Below, in pieces: positions 1-9,903 of a DNA stretch of 64,000 nt. The stretch's first letter is position 1; each line of letters starts with the position of its first letter. The position numbers were made by a program, and so were the translations under genes. This stretch comes from Candidatus Saccharimonadota bacterium (GTDB lineage Bacteria; Patescibacteriota; Saccharimonadia; Saccharimonadales; Saccharimonadaceae). The notes beneath the pieces were generated by a model. It was not told the origin of the DNA. It searched no databases and saw only the letters and a program-made list of their open reading frames with translations. The DNA is taken from NCBI GenBank assembly GCA_016432585.1, contig CP066696.1, forward strand, positions 388,113 through 452,112. The letters are read 5' to 3'.

Positions 1-1942
1 TCCGAAAGATCTTATTACGCAAGGTGGCGCTATTTCTATGGTGGGTGCCGTGCTTCTTATTGTGGCGGCACTTTTCTACTTTAAACGTTGGACATGGCTA
101 TGGAAAGAATGGTTAACGACGCTCGACGCTAAAAAAATCGGGATTATGTACGCGATTGTAGCGATTATTATGTTGCTTCGTGGTCTTGCCGACGCCGCGA
201 TGATGCGTGCTCAGCAGGCGCTTGCCAGCGGTGATGCGAATGGAATAATTGATTCCGACACGTTTCAGCAGGTATTTTCAGCACACGGCACAATAATGAT
301 TTTCTTTGTGGCGATGGGGCTGATGTTTGGGCTTATTAACCTTGTGCTACCTCTTATGTTGGGCGCTCGCGACGTTGCGTTTCCGTTTCTTAACTCGGTA
401 AGTTTTTGGCTGTTCGCCGCAGGAATGATTCTTGTTAATATGTCGCTTATTGTCGGTGGTTTTTCGGGTGGCGGATGGCTAGGATATCCTCCACTTACCG
501 AGCTGGCATATAGTCCAGGGGTAGGTGTCGATTATTGGATTTGGGCACTTCAGATTGCTGGAGTGGGAAGCCTGCTTTCAGGAATTAACTTTCTTGTGAC
601 AATTCTTAAAAAGCGTGCACCTGGCATGACACTTATGAAAATGCCGATTTTTGCGTGGAGCGTTTTGGTAACGACGGTCCTTATTATATTCGCGTTTCCT
701 ATTCTTACTGCAACGCTTGGCATGTTGTCGCTAGACAGGCTTATGGGAATGCACTTCTTTACCTCCGACTTTGGTGGCAACCCAATGATGTATATTAACC
801 TGATATGGGCATGGGGTCACCCAGAAGTCTATATTTTGGTGCTACCAGCTTTTGGTATCTTTTCGGAGATCGTGGCGACATTTTCACAAAAGAAATTGTT
901 TGGCTATAAAACTATGGTTGGTGCGCTATTTGCGATTATGTTCCTGTCGTTTATTGTGTGGCTTCACCACTTCTTTACCATGGGGGCGGGTGCCAATGTT
1001 AACGCGTTCTTTGGCATAATGACAATGGTGATCGCCATTCCTACTGGCGTGAAAGTATTTAACTGGCTGTTTACAATGTATGGTGGACGTATTCGGTTTA
1101 AGACGCCGATGCTGTGGTTCTTGGGCTTTGTTATTACCTTTACGCTGGGTGGAGTAAGTGGTGTACTTATGGCTGTGCCCGCGATTGATTTTCAGGTTCA
1201 CAACAGTTTATTCTTGGTTGCGCATTTTCATAATGTGATTATTGGCGGAGTGGTTTTCGGATTCTTTGCCGGGCTGACGTACTGGTTCCCGAAGATATTT
1301 GGGTTTACGCTAAACGAACGGCTAGGAAAATATGCGGTATACTGCTGGATCGTTGGCTTTATGGTGGCGTTTTTGCCGCTATATGTGCTTGGTCTTATGG
1401 GGGCAACCAGGCGCCTCGATCATTACGACAATGGTGGCTGGCAGATTCTGTTTATTGTTGCGGGCCTTGGCGTTATGATTATTGCGCTTGGTGTCGCACT
1501 GCAACTGCTGCAATTAGTAGTAAGTATTTGGCAGCGTAAAAAGAATCGTATCGGAAACGACCCATGGAACGGGCGCACTCTTGAGTGGTCGGTGCCATCG
1601 CCAGCGCCATTTTACAACTATGCTATAACTCCGCAAGTGCACGATAGGGATCAGTTTTGGGAGTCAAAGCGCGCCTTAGCTGAAGGTAAAAAACCCGAAA
1701 AGAGGCGATACGAAGATATAACGCTTCCTAAAAATAGTGGGCTTGGGTTTATTATTGGCATGCTGGCATTTATCTTTGGCTTTGGAATCGTGTGGCATAT
1801 ATGGTGGTTGGCGATTGTAGGGATTGTCGGTGTTATTATCTGTGTTATCGCTCGCTCGTCTGATGACGAGGTGGACTACATTTTATCTGCTTCCGAACTA
1901 AAAAGGCTGGATACGATGAACCAGCGAGAGGCGGTGGTATGA
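1..1942 (+). CDS. cyoB: cytochrome bo3-type ubiquinol oxidase subunit I (heme-copper oxidase); 5' end runs off the window
   Basis: ORF 38..1942, but the frame stays open back to nt 2. The N-terminal stretch [19 protein letters not shown] is typical of CyoB. Polytopic membrane protein with His-ligand contexts [15 protein letters not shown] and [13 protein letters not shown]. Confidence 0.9.
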   Translation, partial: PKDLITQGGAISMVGAVLLIVAALFYFKRWTWLWKEWLTTLDAKKIGIMYAIVAIIMLLRGLADAAMMRAQQALASGDANGIIDSDTFQQVFSAHGTIMIFFVAMGLMFGLINLVLPLMLGARDVAFPFLNSVSFWLFAAGMILVNMSLIVGGFSGGGWLGYPPLTELAYSPGVGVDYWIWALQIAGVGSLLSGINFLVTILKKRAPGMTLMKMPIFAWSVLVTTVLIIFAFPILTATLGMLSLDRLMGMHFFTSDFGGNPMMYINLIWAWGHPEVYILVLPAFGIFSEIVATFSQKKLFGYKTMVGALFAIMFLSFIVWLHHFFTMGAGANVNAFFGIMTMVIAIPTGVKVFNWLFTMYGGRIRFKTPMLWFLGFVITFTLGGVSGVLMAVPAIDFQVHNSLFLVAHFHNVIIGGVVFGFFAGLTYWFPKIFGFTLNERLGKYAVYCWIVGFMVAFLPLYVLGLMGATRRLDHYDNGGWQILFIVAGLGVMIIALGVALQLLQLVVSIWQRKKNRIGNDPWNGRTLEWSVPSPAPFYNYAITPQVHDRDQFWESKRALAEGKKPEKRRYEDITLPKNSGLGFIIGMLAFIFGFGIVWHIWWLAIVGIVGVIICVIARSSDDEVDYILSASELKRLDTMNQREAVV

Positions 1943-2541
1943 GTAAAAACATGAAGATATCTGAGGCGGTAGCAGAATCCCAAGCTCAGCAAGAAATTAA
2001 GTCGTTAGGTTTTTGGATATACCTAATGACGGACTGCATTTTATTCGCAAGTTTGTTCGCGACATATATTGTTTTGCAGCGTGGCACATTTGGCGGGCCA
2101 GGTAGTCACGAACTATTCGATTTACAGTTTGTGCTGGTTGAAACTTTGTTGTTACTGACGAGTAGCTTTGTGTGCGGATTGACAATGCTTGCCGTTCGAG
2201 TAGGAAGAAAGAGTCATGTTATCGGTGGCTTGATAGCGACATTTCTTTTAGGTGCTGCATTCCTCGGCATGGAGCTTAGCGAGTTCGCGACTTTGGCGGC
2301 CGAAGGTCATGGATGGTGGTCGAGTGCGTTCTTGTCTGCATTCTTTACGCTAGTGGGAACGCACGGACTTCATATTGCTATTGGCTTGCTTTGGATCGGT
2401 GTGTTGGTATGGCAAATAAAGCGCAGAGGCTTAACCGATGGCGTTGTGCGGCGACTGGGTCTCTTCGGTCTGTTCTGGCACTTCCTTGATGTTATTTGGA
2501 TATTTATCTTCACGATTGTCTATCTGATGGGGGTACTATAA
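1939..2541 (+). CDS. cyoC: cytochrome bo3 ubiquinol oxidase subunit III
   Basis: 200 aa, about 5 TM helices. 4-nt overlap with the cyoB stop. C-terminal [13 protein letters not shown] motif of oxidase subunit III. Confidence 0.85.
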   Translation: MSKNMKISEAVAESQAQQEIKSLGFWIYLMTDCILFASLFATYIVLQRGTFGGPGSHELFDLQFVLVETLLLLTSSFVCGLTMLAVRVGRKSHVIGGLIATFLLGAAFLGMELSEFATLAAEGHGWWSSAFLSAFFTLVGTHGLHIAIGLLWIGVLVWQIKRRGLTDGVVRRLGLFGLFWHFLDVIWIFIFTIVYLMGVL

Positions 2542-2915
2542 TGAAACAGCCTATGCAAAAAACAGAGTTTCACTCGGCGACAGTTATGCCGTATGTTATC
2601 GGATTTTTATCCGCTATTACCTTGACACTACTGGCCTATTTTATTGTCACCATGGAGCTTCTTTCGGGAAATATGGCAGCGTGGGTGATTATGGGGCTCG
2701 CCGCGGTGCAGCTGATGGTGCAGTTAGTGTTCTTTTTGCACCTCGGGCGTGATAAGAAATCGCGATGGAACGTTGCATCGTTCTACTTTATGTTGATCGT
2801 TCTTCTTATCATCGTTATTGGCTCGTTGTGGATTATGGAAAACCTCAACTACAACATGATGACGCCCGACCAGATGAACGAACATATGCTCAAAGAAAGT
2901 AGTAAAGGATTTTAG
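2541..2915 (+). CDS. cyoD: cytochrome bo3 ubiquinol oxidase subunit IV
   Basis: TAATG stop/start overlap with cyoC at 2539-2543. 124 aa with 3 TM helices; size and position match CyoD. Confidence 0.75.
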   Translation: MKQPMQKTEFHSATVMPYVIGFLSAITLTLLAYFIVTMELLSGNMAAWVIMGLAAVQLMVQLVFFLHLGRDKKSRWNVASFYFMLIVLLIIVIGSLWIMENLNYNMMTPDQMNEHMLKESSKGF

Positions 2916-2917
2916 CA

Positions 2918-3781
2918 ATGTCTACCATAAAAACGTATTATTCACTTACGAAGCCAGGAGTTTTATATGGTAATGCCATAACAGCGGCCGCAGGATACTT
3001 GCTTGCCAGTCGAGGGGTGATAGAGTGGTGGCTTTTCTTGGCGCTTTGTGTTGGGTCAACATTGGTCATTGCCTCGGCGTGTGTGCTCAATAACTACCTC
3101 GATCAGGATATCGATAAAGTTATGGCACGGACAAAAAAGCGCGCGATTGTTAGTGGGGAAGTCTCGGGCCGCAATGCGGTTATTTTTTCAATCGTACTTG
3201 GCATACTTGGGCTTGCGATTTTAATTGCCTATACGAATCCGCTTGTAGTAGCAATTGGGGTAATTGGGTTTGTTGATTATGTGGTGCTGTACGGCATGCT
3301 TTCGAAGCGACTTTCTGTTCACGGTACGCTAGTGGGTAGTATATCGGGTGCGATGCCTATTTTAGCGGGATATTGTGCTGCAACTGGCGCGATCGATGTC
3401 GGTGCGTTTATTGTTTTTGCAATTTTGTTTTTGTGGCAAATGCCCGAATTTTATTCGATTGCGATTTATCGACGAAAGGAATACCAAAAAGCTGGCGTTC
3501 CTGTGATATCTGTTATGAATGGTGTTGAGAGTACGAAGCATCAAATCATTGCGTACACTGTTATGTTTGTTGTTGCAAGTTTGCTACTGGCTATTCTTGG
3601 TTATGCTGGTTCGACGTATCTTATCGTTATGGCGGCGCTAGGTGGGTATTGGATTGGCCTTGCGTTTCAGGGCCTTAAGGCAAAACATGCCGACGAGTGG
3701 GCCAGGAGAATGTTCCATTTCTCGCTAGTGATCTTATTGGTATTTTGCGGGTTAATCTCTGTGGACGCCTGGTTGCCATAA
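2918..3781 (+). CDS. cyoE: protoheme IX farnesyltransferase (heme O synthase)
   Basis: 287 aa UbiA-type polytopic prenyltransferase. Asp-rich motif NNYLDQDIDKVMARTKKR. Last gene of the cyo operon. Confidence 0.9.
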   Translation: MSTIKTYYSLTKPGVLYGNAITAAAGYLLASRGVIEWWLFLALCVGSTLVIASACVLNNYLDQDIDKVMARTKKRAIVSGEVSGRNAVIFSIVLGILGLAILIAYTNPLVVAIGVIGFVDYVVLYGMLSKRLSVHGTLVGSISGAMPILAGYCAATGAIDVGAFIVFAILFLWQMPEFYSIAIYRRKEYQKAGVPVISVMNGVESTKHQIIAYTVMFVVASLLLAILGYAGSTYLIVMAALGGYWIGLAFQGLKAKHADEWARRMFHFSLVILLVFCGLISVDAWLP

Positions 3782-3798
3782 GTGGTATACTTTCAATT

Positions 3799-4068
3799 AT
3801 GATACTTATAACACATATCGTTATAGCTCTCGCGAGCATCGGCCTTGCGACATTTGCTTTTATTTCACCTTCTGTGCGAAGTCTTAGGGGTGCGTACATT
3901 TCGGCCGCACTAACACTTACGAGCGGCATATATCTTGTTGTATCTGCACCTGCGCATATGGTTCAGGCATGTATTTCAGGCGTGATTTATTTGAGCATAG
4001 TGACAGTTGCAATTATGGCGGCTCGCAGTAAATTGGCTGCGCGCGCGTCGAGCAGTCACTATAGCTAA
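3799..4068 (+). CDS. small integral membrane protein (3 TM), function unknown
   Basis: TGGTATACT (3783-3791), then 7 nt, then ATG 3799, i.e. a leaderless-type start. 89 aa, hydrophobic. The longer ORF-track start at 3697 overlaps cyoE. Confidence 0.5.
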   Translation: MILITHIVIALASIGLATFAFISPSVRSLRGAYISAALTLTSGIYLVVSAPAHMVQACISGVIYLSIVTVAIMAARSKLAARASSSHYS

Positions 4069-4092
4069 TGTCAGAATAAGGAGCCATACCAC

Positions 4093-5292
4093 ATGAATAT
4101 TACAATTGTTGGCGGTGGGTTTGGCGGCGTTAAGGCGGCTTTAGAGTTGTCGAAAAATCGCAAAAACACAATAACGCTCATAACAGATAAACCGGATTTT
4201 CAGTATTATCCCGCGCTGTATAGCGCAGCAACAGGCTATAGCCATCTTGAATCGTGGGTGCCGCTAGGCGAGATTTTTGCTGGCAAAATGAATATTCACG
4301 TTCATATTGATACGGTCGTGGCGATCGACCCAGCTAAGAAAAATGTCACTGGCAAGTCGGGGCAAATATACGATTACGATAAATGTATTATGGCGCTGGG
4401 TGTTGTAACGACGTACTTTGGCATAAAAGGGCTCGACACGTATTCGTATGGAATAAAATCAGCAGATGAAATTAAGCGCCTAAAACACCGTATCTATACT
4501 GATATTGCCGAACATCATACGCTCGATAAGCATTATGTTGTTATTGGGGCCGGTCCTACGGGTGTTGAGCTTGCTGGAGCGCTGGGCACTTATTTGAAGC
4601 AACTTTGTCATAGATATGGCGTAAAAGACAGAGCTATGCGCGTGACGTTGATTGAAGCGGCGCCTAGGGTGCTGCCGCGCATGTCCGAGAGGACGAGCCA
4701 AAAAGTTACTGAGCGCCTAAAGAGGCTCGGGGTGAACGTGCTTGTGGGAACGACCGTTAAGGCCGAAGACGACGACGAGATTTTTATTGGCAATAAATCG
4801 ATAAAAAGTCATACGGTAATATGGACATCGGGTGTTATGAACCACCCATTCTACAAGGAAAATAGTGACCATTTTAAGCTTGCGCCCAATGGCCGCGTAG
4901 AAGTAAACCAGCACATGCTTGCTGCTAAAGATGTTTACGTGATTGGTGATAACGCGGCAACACCGTACACGGGACTGGCGCAAACTGCCCTGCATGATGC
5001 GATTTTTGTTGCACGAAATATCTTGCGCCAACAAAAGAAACGCAAGCCAAAAGAATATCACGCAGTAAAACCTCCTGTTGTTGTGCCCGTTGGTGAGGGC
5101 TGGGCGGCGTTTGAGTGGAAGTTTATATTTTTGTATGGACGTTTGGGGTCGCTACTACGTCGTGCGGCAGATTTTGTTGGCTATTCGGATATCTTGCCAA
5201 TTGGCCAGGCGCTTGGCGTGTGGCATGCCACGACAATCAAGGAAGATGATTATTTTACACCATCTAGCCCCGACAGTTCAGCCTCGAAATAG
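4093..5292 (+). CDS. ndh: type II NADH dehydrogenase (NDH-2) / FAD-dependent pyridine nucleotide-disulfide oxidoreductase
   Basis: Two dinucleotide-binding motifs: IVGGGFGGVKAA and VIGAGPTGVELAGA. YYPALY matches NDH-2 QPLLY-type strings. AAGGAG SD 9 nt upstream. Confidence 0.8.
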   Translation: MNITIVGGGFGGVKAALELSKNRKNTITLITDKPDFQYYPALYSAATGYSHLESWVPLGEIFAGKMNIHVHIDTVVAIDPAKKNVTGKSGQIYDYDKCIMALGVVTTYFGIKGLDTYSYGIKSADEIKRLKHRIYTDIAEHHTLDKHYVVIGAGPTGVELAGALGTYLKQLCHRYGVKDRAMRVTLIEAAPRVLPRMSERTSQKVTERLKRLGVNVLVGTTVKAEDDDEIFIGNKSIKSHTVIWTSGVMNHPFYKENSDHFKLAPNGRVEVNQHMLAAKDVYVIGDNAATPYTGLAQTALHDAIFVARNILRQQKKRKPKEYHAVKPPVVVPVGEGWAAFEWKFIFLYGRLGSLLRRAADFVGYSDILPIGQALGVWHATTIKEDDYFTPSSPDSSASK

Positions 5293-5345
5293 ATGTGACG
5301 ATTTGATATACTATAACAAGTAAATAGTGAGGGAAAGAAAAACTT

Positions 5346-5936
5346 ATGGCCACACCGAAAAGTCAGCGTATCGGTATTTGGATTATTGCTATCGTGATGA
5401 TGATTGGAACGCTCGGATCGTTTGCTGTTATGGTATTGCAGTCTAAGAACGCGCAAACCGACCAAGCAGCGCAAAACAAGCTTTACGAAGAATACCAAAA
5501 ACAAATGGAAGCCGAAGAAAAGCGTACGAAGGAACTTTCCGACAAATATTACGCTACATTTAAGGCATACAAAAACTCACCAGCAGTATTCGACAAAGAA
5601 TCTGTTGGCGATAATGTTATTACCAAAGACCTGAAAAAGGGTACGGGAGCGGTAATTACTAAGGATACAAAATACGAAGCCTACTATATTGGGTGGAATC
5701 CTCGTGGTAAGTCGTTTGACAGTTCGTTTGAAGGCGAGTCGCTTAAGGCGCCATTTGACACCAGTGTCCTTAGTCCTATCAAGGGGTGGACCGACGGAGT
5801 TATTGGTATGAAAGTCGGCGGCGTGCGTCAGCTTACGATTCCATCGGATCTTGCATACGGCGAAACAGGAAGCGGCGATGATATCCCGCCAAACACGCCA
5901 ATCAAGTTTATTGTTATGATTGTTAACACAAAGTAA
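5346..5936 (+). CDS. membrane-anchored FKBP-type peptidyl-prolyl cis-trans isomerase
   Basis: N-terminal TM (IGIWIIAIVMMIGTLGSFAVMVL). C-terminal FKBP domain (YEAYYIGWNPRGKSFDSS...GMKVGGVRQLTIPSDLAYG). Confidence 0.85.
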   Translation: MATPKSQRIGIWIIAIVMMIGTLGSFAVMVLQSKNAQTDQAAQNKLYEEYQKQMEAEEKRTKELSDKYYATFKAYKNSPAVFDKESVGDNVITKDLKKGTGAVITKDTKYEAYYIGWNPRGKSFDSSFEGESLKAPFDTSVLSPIKGWTDGVIGMKVGGVRQLTIPSDLAYGETGSGDDIPPNTPIKFIVMIVNTK

Positions 5937-5949
5937 AAAGAAGGATACT

Positions 5950-6891
5950 ATGAGCGGAAAAATACGAGACGTTGTTATGATCGGGGCTGGCCCAAGTGCG
6001 CTTGCTGCCGCTGTTTATACGACGCGAGAGGATATCGACACGGTACTGTATGAAAAAGGCGTTATTGGCGGCCTAGCGGCAATAACCGATCAAGTCGATA
6101 ACTACCCTGGTTTTCCAGATGGCGTTCCTGGCCTTGAGTTGGCAGATCGCCTGCAAAAGCAAGCCGAGCGTTTTGGCGCCGAAATTGAATTCGGTGAGGT
6201 ATCTTCGATCCGCGATAATGGCGCTACTAAAATTGTCGTTGTTGACGGTGAAGAGGTAGAGGCAAAGACAGTGCTTATTGCAACCGGAAGCGACTACAGT
6301 AAGATTGGCGTTCCTGGCGAGCAGGAGTATTATGGCCGCGGCGTTCACTACTGTGCAACATGCGACGGAGCCTTCTACCGTGACAAACGACTTGTTGTTG
6401 TAGGCGGGGGCAACTCTGGATTTCAAGAGGCGATCTTCCTTACTCGCTTTGCGTCGCATATTGATTTGCTCGTACGCAGCACGGTAAAAGCAAGCGAAAT
6501 TCTGCAGCATGACATGCAGAAATACGTCGATGAAGGCAAGGTGACAATTCACTTGCAGACGGAAACGAAAGAGATCGTTGCAACGGACAATAAAATTACC
6601 GAAGTAAAAGCTGTCAAAAATGGCGAGCCAATCTCGTTTGCAACCGACGGTGTGTTTGTCTTTGTCGGTTTAAAGCCAAATACGCAGTTTCTTGAGGGGA
6701 GCGGTATCGAGTGTGACGAGCAGGGGCTTATTAAAACCGACAGCCACTTATCGACGAATATACCCGGTATTTATGCCAGTGGTGATGTTCGAAGTGGGGC
6801 AACAATGCAGGTTGCCAGCGCTGTTGGCGAGGGCGCGACAGCCGCGCTTTCGATACGCGAATACCTAGATGAACAAAAACGCGCCGCTTAG
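5950..6891 (+). CDS. trxB: thioredoxin-disulfide reductase
   Basis: GAGPSALAAA FAD motif, redox-active CATCDG, GGGNSGFQEA NADPH motif. GAAGGA SD before ATG 5950. Confidence 0.9.
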   Translation: MSGKIRDVVMIGAGPSALAAAVYTTREDIDTVLYEKGVIGGLAAITDQVDNYPGFPDGVPGLELADRLQKQAERFGAEIEFGEVSSIRDNGATKIVVVDGEEVEAKTVLIATGSDYSKIGVPGEQEYYGRGVHYCATCDGAFYRDKRLVVVGGGNSGFQEAIFLTRFASHIDLLVRSTVKASEILQHDMQKYVDEGKVTIHLQTETKEIVATDNKITEVKAVKNGEPISFATDGVFVFVGLKPNTQFLEGSGIECDEQGLIKTDSHLSTNIPGIYASGDVRSGATMQVASAVGEGATAALSIREYLDEQKRAA

Positions 6892-6907
6892 TCGGCGTGT
6901 TTTTTTA
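6875..6907. terminator. bidirectional terminator embedded in the converging trxB and phosphodiesterase gene ends
   Basis: AAAAACGCGCCG-CTTAGT-CGGCGTGTTTTTTT. Confidence 0.6.
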
Positions 6908-7586
6908 CTTCGCTTAAAATACGATCAGGGCGATCAGTAACAATACCGTCGATACCTTGCTGCGTTAAAAGCAATGCAGTATGTGGTCGGTTGATGGTAT
7001 AGGCGTAAGTAAACAGGCGAGCGCGTTTTGCGATTTCAACGGCAAGACGGTTGATATACAGACGGTGGAACCCTACTGCCGAAAGCCGTAATTTGCGGTG
7101 ATACGCAATAAAAATAAATGGGTTTTCGCTATGAAGCAGGCTAAGGTTAGCGTGGGTGCTTACCTCGCGGATGGTGCTGAGTTCGCTACCGCGAAACGAC
7201 GAGAAGAGAATATTATTCCAGTCTGAGGCGCGCTTTGCGTAGTTGGCTTTAATTAGCTCGGCAACAACCTTGCCCGTACCGCGGCCCTTAACTTCGATAT
7301 TTAAAAGAATCTTGCCGAAAAACTCATTTAAGACGTCGGCAAGTGGAACGATCGGCTGCTTTTGTGTGCGCTCTAAAAGCTCACTTAGTGTATGGCGAGA
7401 AATGATTGAGGTGTCGTGATGGGTTCGAAGAGTGTGAAAGTCATGTACTAATACCGGGATTTTATCCTTGGTGAGGCGAACATCAAACTCTAAAATATCA
7501 GCATCGGCCTCTACGCCAGCCCGAAGCGCTTCGAGGCTGTTTTCTGGGGCCAAGCCGCCCGCACCACGGTGTCCAATGATTAACAT
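6888..7586 (-). CDS. glycerophosphodiester phosphodiesterase family protein
   Basis: GDPD signature IIGHRGAGGLAPENSLEA and EFDVRLTKDKIPVLVHD. Start placed at 7586 because the -10 box TATAAT (7597-7602, minus strand) overlaps the alternative ATG at 7598. Confidence 0.75.
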   Translation of the reverse strand: MLIIGHRGAGGLAPENSLEALRAGVEADADILEFDVRLTKDKIPVLVHDFHTLRTHHDTSIISRHTLSELLERTQKQPIVPLADVLNEFFGKILLNIEVKGRGTGKVVAELIKANYAKRASDWNNILFSSFRGSELSTIREVSTHANLSLLHSENPFIFIAYHRKLRLSAVGFHRLYINRLAVEIAKRARLFTYAYTINRPHTALLLTQQGIDGIVTDRPDRILSEVKKHAD

Positions 7587-7645
7587 AATTGCTCTCATTA
7601 TACCAAATTTGCTACAATAGAAGTAGTTAAATAACGGAGGCATAT

Positions 7646-8176
7646 ATGGCTGATTTTAATAAAATTCTAACTCCTGGCGATGTTGATGGCGGCGTTATCA
7701 ACGTTGTTGTTGAAATTCCGACCGGCAGCTCTCATAAAATTGAATGGAACCGCGAGCTTGCTGTGATGCAGCTTGACCGCGTAGAGCCTGCGATTTTTGC
7801 AAAGCCAACCAACTACGGCTTTATTCCACAAACGCTCGACGAAGATGGCGACGAGCTAGACGTTCTGCTTATTACGAACGAGCCGCTGCCAACGGGCATC
7901 TTTTTGGAAGCGAAAGTTATCGGTGTTATGAAGTTTTCTGATGATGGCGAAGTAGACGACAAGATTGTAGCGGTACCTGCAGATGACCGTAATACTGGCA
8001 ACGCGATTAACTCGCTGAGCGACTTGCCTGCGCAGCTTATCAAGCAGATCGAATTTCACTTTAATCACTACAAAGACCTTAAAAAACCAGGGACAACAAC
8101 TGTTCAAAGCTGGGGTGACGTAGAAGAAGCAAAGAGCGTTATTCACGAATCTATCGAACGCTGGAACAACCAGTAG
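7646..8176 (+). CDS. ppa: inorganic pyrophosphatase (family I)
   Basis: 176 aa. NVVVEIPTGSSHKIEW, DGDELDVLL and DDKIVAV are typical family I PPase strings. GGAGG SD. Confidence 0.9.
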   Translation: MADFNKILTPGDVDGGVINVVVEIPTGSSHKIEWNRELAVMQLDRVEPAIFAKPTNYGFIPQTLDEDGDELDVLLITNEPLPTGIFLEAKVIGVMKFSDDGEVDDKIVAVPADDRNTGNAINSLSDLPAQLIKQIEFHFNHYKDLKKPGTTTVQSWGDVEEAKSVIHESIERWNNQ

Positions 8177-8190
8177 AAGCCGATTGAAGC

Positions 8191-8224
8191 AAAAATAACC
8201 CGCATAGTAGCGGGTTATTTTTTT
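8191..8224. terminator. bidirectional terminator between ppa and rel
   Basis: AAAAATAACCCGC-ATAGTA-GCGGGTTATTTTTTT. Confidence 0.75.
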
Positions 8225-9753
8225 CGACGCTGGGCTTTTTGACGAATAATGTTGGCAGCGCCTGTGAGTGTTTCTATGACGTCACGTTTTTTAAGTTGTG
8301 AGCGTAGCTTTTCGCGAGCGTGCCCTGTCTTTACGAGATCGAGCCACGCCTGTTTTGGTGATGAAAGTTTGCGGGTGACAACTTCGACCACGTCGCCGTT
8401 TTGCAGCGGTTTATCGAAAGGATGGATATTGCCGTTAACACGGAAGCTGTAGGCGTGGGTACCAATGTCGCTGTGCACGAGAAATGCAAAATCGAGAGGC
8501 AATGCGCCTTCGGGAAGGTTGTAGATGTCGCCCTTCGGTGAGTAAACGAAAATGCGGTTGCCGAATAGGTCAATATTTAGCTGATCGCGCGAAATCTCGG
8601 CGCCAGAACGCAGGCGAGCAGAGATTTCTTGTAGCTGCGTAATCCATTGAAGATGCGCCGGTAGATTCGAGGAAGTTTCTCGTTTTTTAACATAATCTTT
8701 TGATGATTTTTGTTCATGATAATGAAAACTTGCCGCAAGACCCCGCTCGGCATAGTCGTGCATTGCAATGGTGCGAATTTGAAACTCTACGATCTGCTTG
8801 CTTGGGGTAATAACTGTAGTATGGAGGCTTTGATAGCCGTTGGGTTTAGGAACGGCAATGTAATCCTTGATTCGCGCAATCATAGGCTGGTAAAGCGCGT
8901 GAAGAATGCCAAGCACTTTGTAGCAATCGTCTTTATTGTCAACGATAACCCGAAGCGCCATTAGATCGTAGATATCATCGATATTGCCATCGACTTTGGC
9001 GAGCTTTTTGTGGAGACTGTAGATACTTTTAACCCGCCCGTTAACTTCGCCTTGAATTTTTTGCTTTTTCAGCTCGGCCTCTACTTCGGAGCGAACGGCC
9101 CCGAGTTTTCGCGTGCTTTTGCCAAGACGCTTGCGCATGATATTTTGCAAGCGTCGGTACTCTGCAGGATCGAGGTAGCTATAGGCAAGCTCCTCGATTT
9201 GCATGCGCACACGTCCCATTCCCAAGCGGTCGGCCATTGGCGCGAATACATCGAGGCTTTCGCGTGCTATTTTGGTTTGCTTTTCGGACGGCATGTATTG
9301 AAGTGTCGAAAGATTATGAAGACGGTCTGCTAGTTTAATAATGATAACGCGCACGTCCTGCCCAACGGCAATCAGAAGCTTTGACAGGTTGTCTTTTGTC
9401 TGCGGAAGATAATTATCGAGATTGCGCATTCCAGCCCGGGCCTGCGAGACCTTTGTGACACCATCGACCAAAAATGCGACGTCACGACCAAATAGATTCT
9501 CGATTGTTTCTAGCGTGGCGTCGGTGTCTTCGACGGTATCGTGAAGTACGCCGGCAAGCACGGTATCAATATCCATACCCCAATCAACCAGCGTATCCGC
9601 AACAGAAAGAGGGTGAATAATATACGGTTCGCCACTTTTACGCTTTTGCCCTGCATGTGCTTTAGTTGCAAAGTCGATAGCATGATCGAGCTCGAGAAGA
9701 TCGTTCTCGTCGTAGTGTGGAGTGGCGTGGGCTAGTAGGTCGCGCTTTTTCAT
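8215..9753 (-). CDS. rel: bifunctional (p)ppGpp synthetase/hydrolase (RelA/SpoT homolog), short form ending after the TGS domain
   Basis: HD hydrolase motif (HPLSVA...LHDTVEDT), synthetase motif (YQSLHTTV) and a TGS domain (IFVYSPKGDIYNLPEGALPLDFAF). Only 512 aa, so no C-terminal ACT/RRM region. Confidence 0.85.
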   Translation of the reverse strand: MKKRDLLAHATPHYDENDLLELDHAIDFATKAHAGQKRKSGEPYIIHPLSVADTLVDWGMDIDTVLAGVLHDTVEDTDATLETIENLFGRDVAFLVDGVTKVSQARAGMRNLDNYLPQTKDNLSKLLIAVGQDVRVIIIKLADRLHNLSTLQYMPSEKQTKIARESLDVFAPMADRLGMGRVRMQIEELAYSYLDPAEYRRLQNIMRKRLGKSTRKLGAVRSEVEAELKKQKIQGEVNGRVKSIYSLHKKLAKVDGNIDDIYDLMALRVIVDNKDDCYKVLGILHALYQPMIARIKDYIAVPKPNGYQSLHTTVITPSKQIVEFQIRTIAMHDYAERGLAASFHYHEQKSSKDYVKKRETSSNLPAHLQWITQLQEISARLRSGAEISRDQLNIDLFGNRIFVYSPKGDIYNLPEGALPLDFAFLVHSDIGTHAYSFRVNGNIHPFDKPLQNGDVVEVVTRKLSSPKQAWLDLVKTGHAREKLRSQLKKRDVIETLTGAANIIRQKAQRRKK

Positions 9754-9903
9754 GTAGTACTAGTATAATCTACTCTTGTAAAATAAAGAACAACCCTTGT
9801 AGGCGACCACTTTACAAAGGAATATGTTTTACAACTGATTACAAACCGGTATATAATACAATCAAAGTGCTTAAGCTATTTATTTTTAAGGAGTGGGGTT
9901 TTC

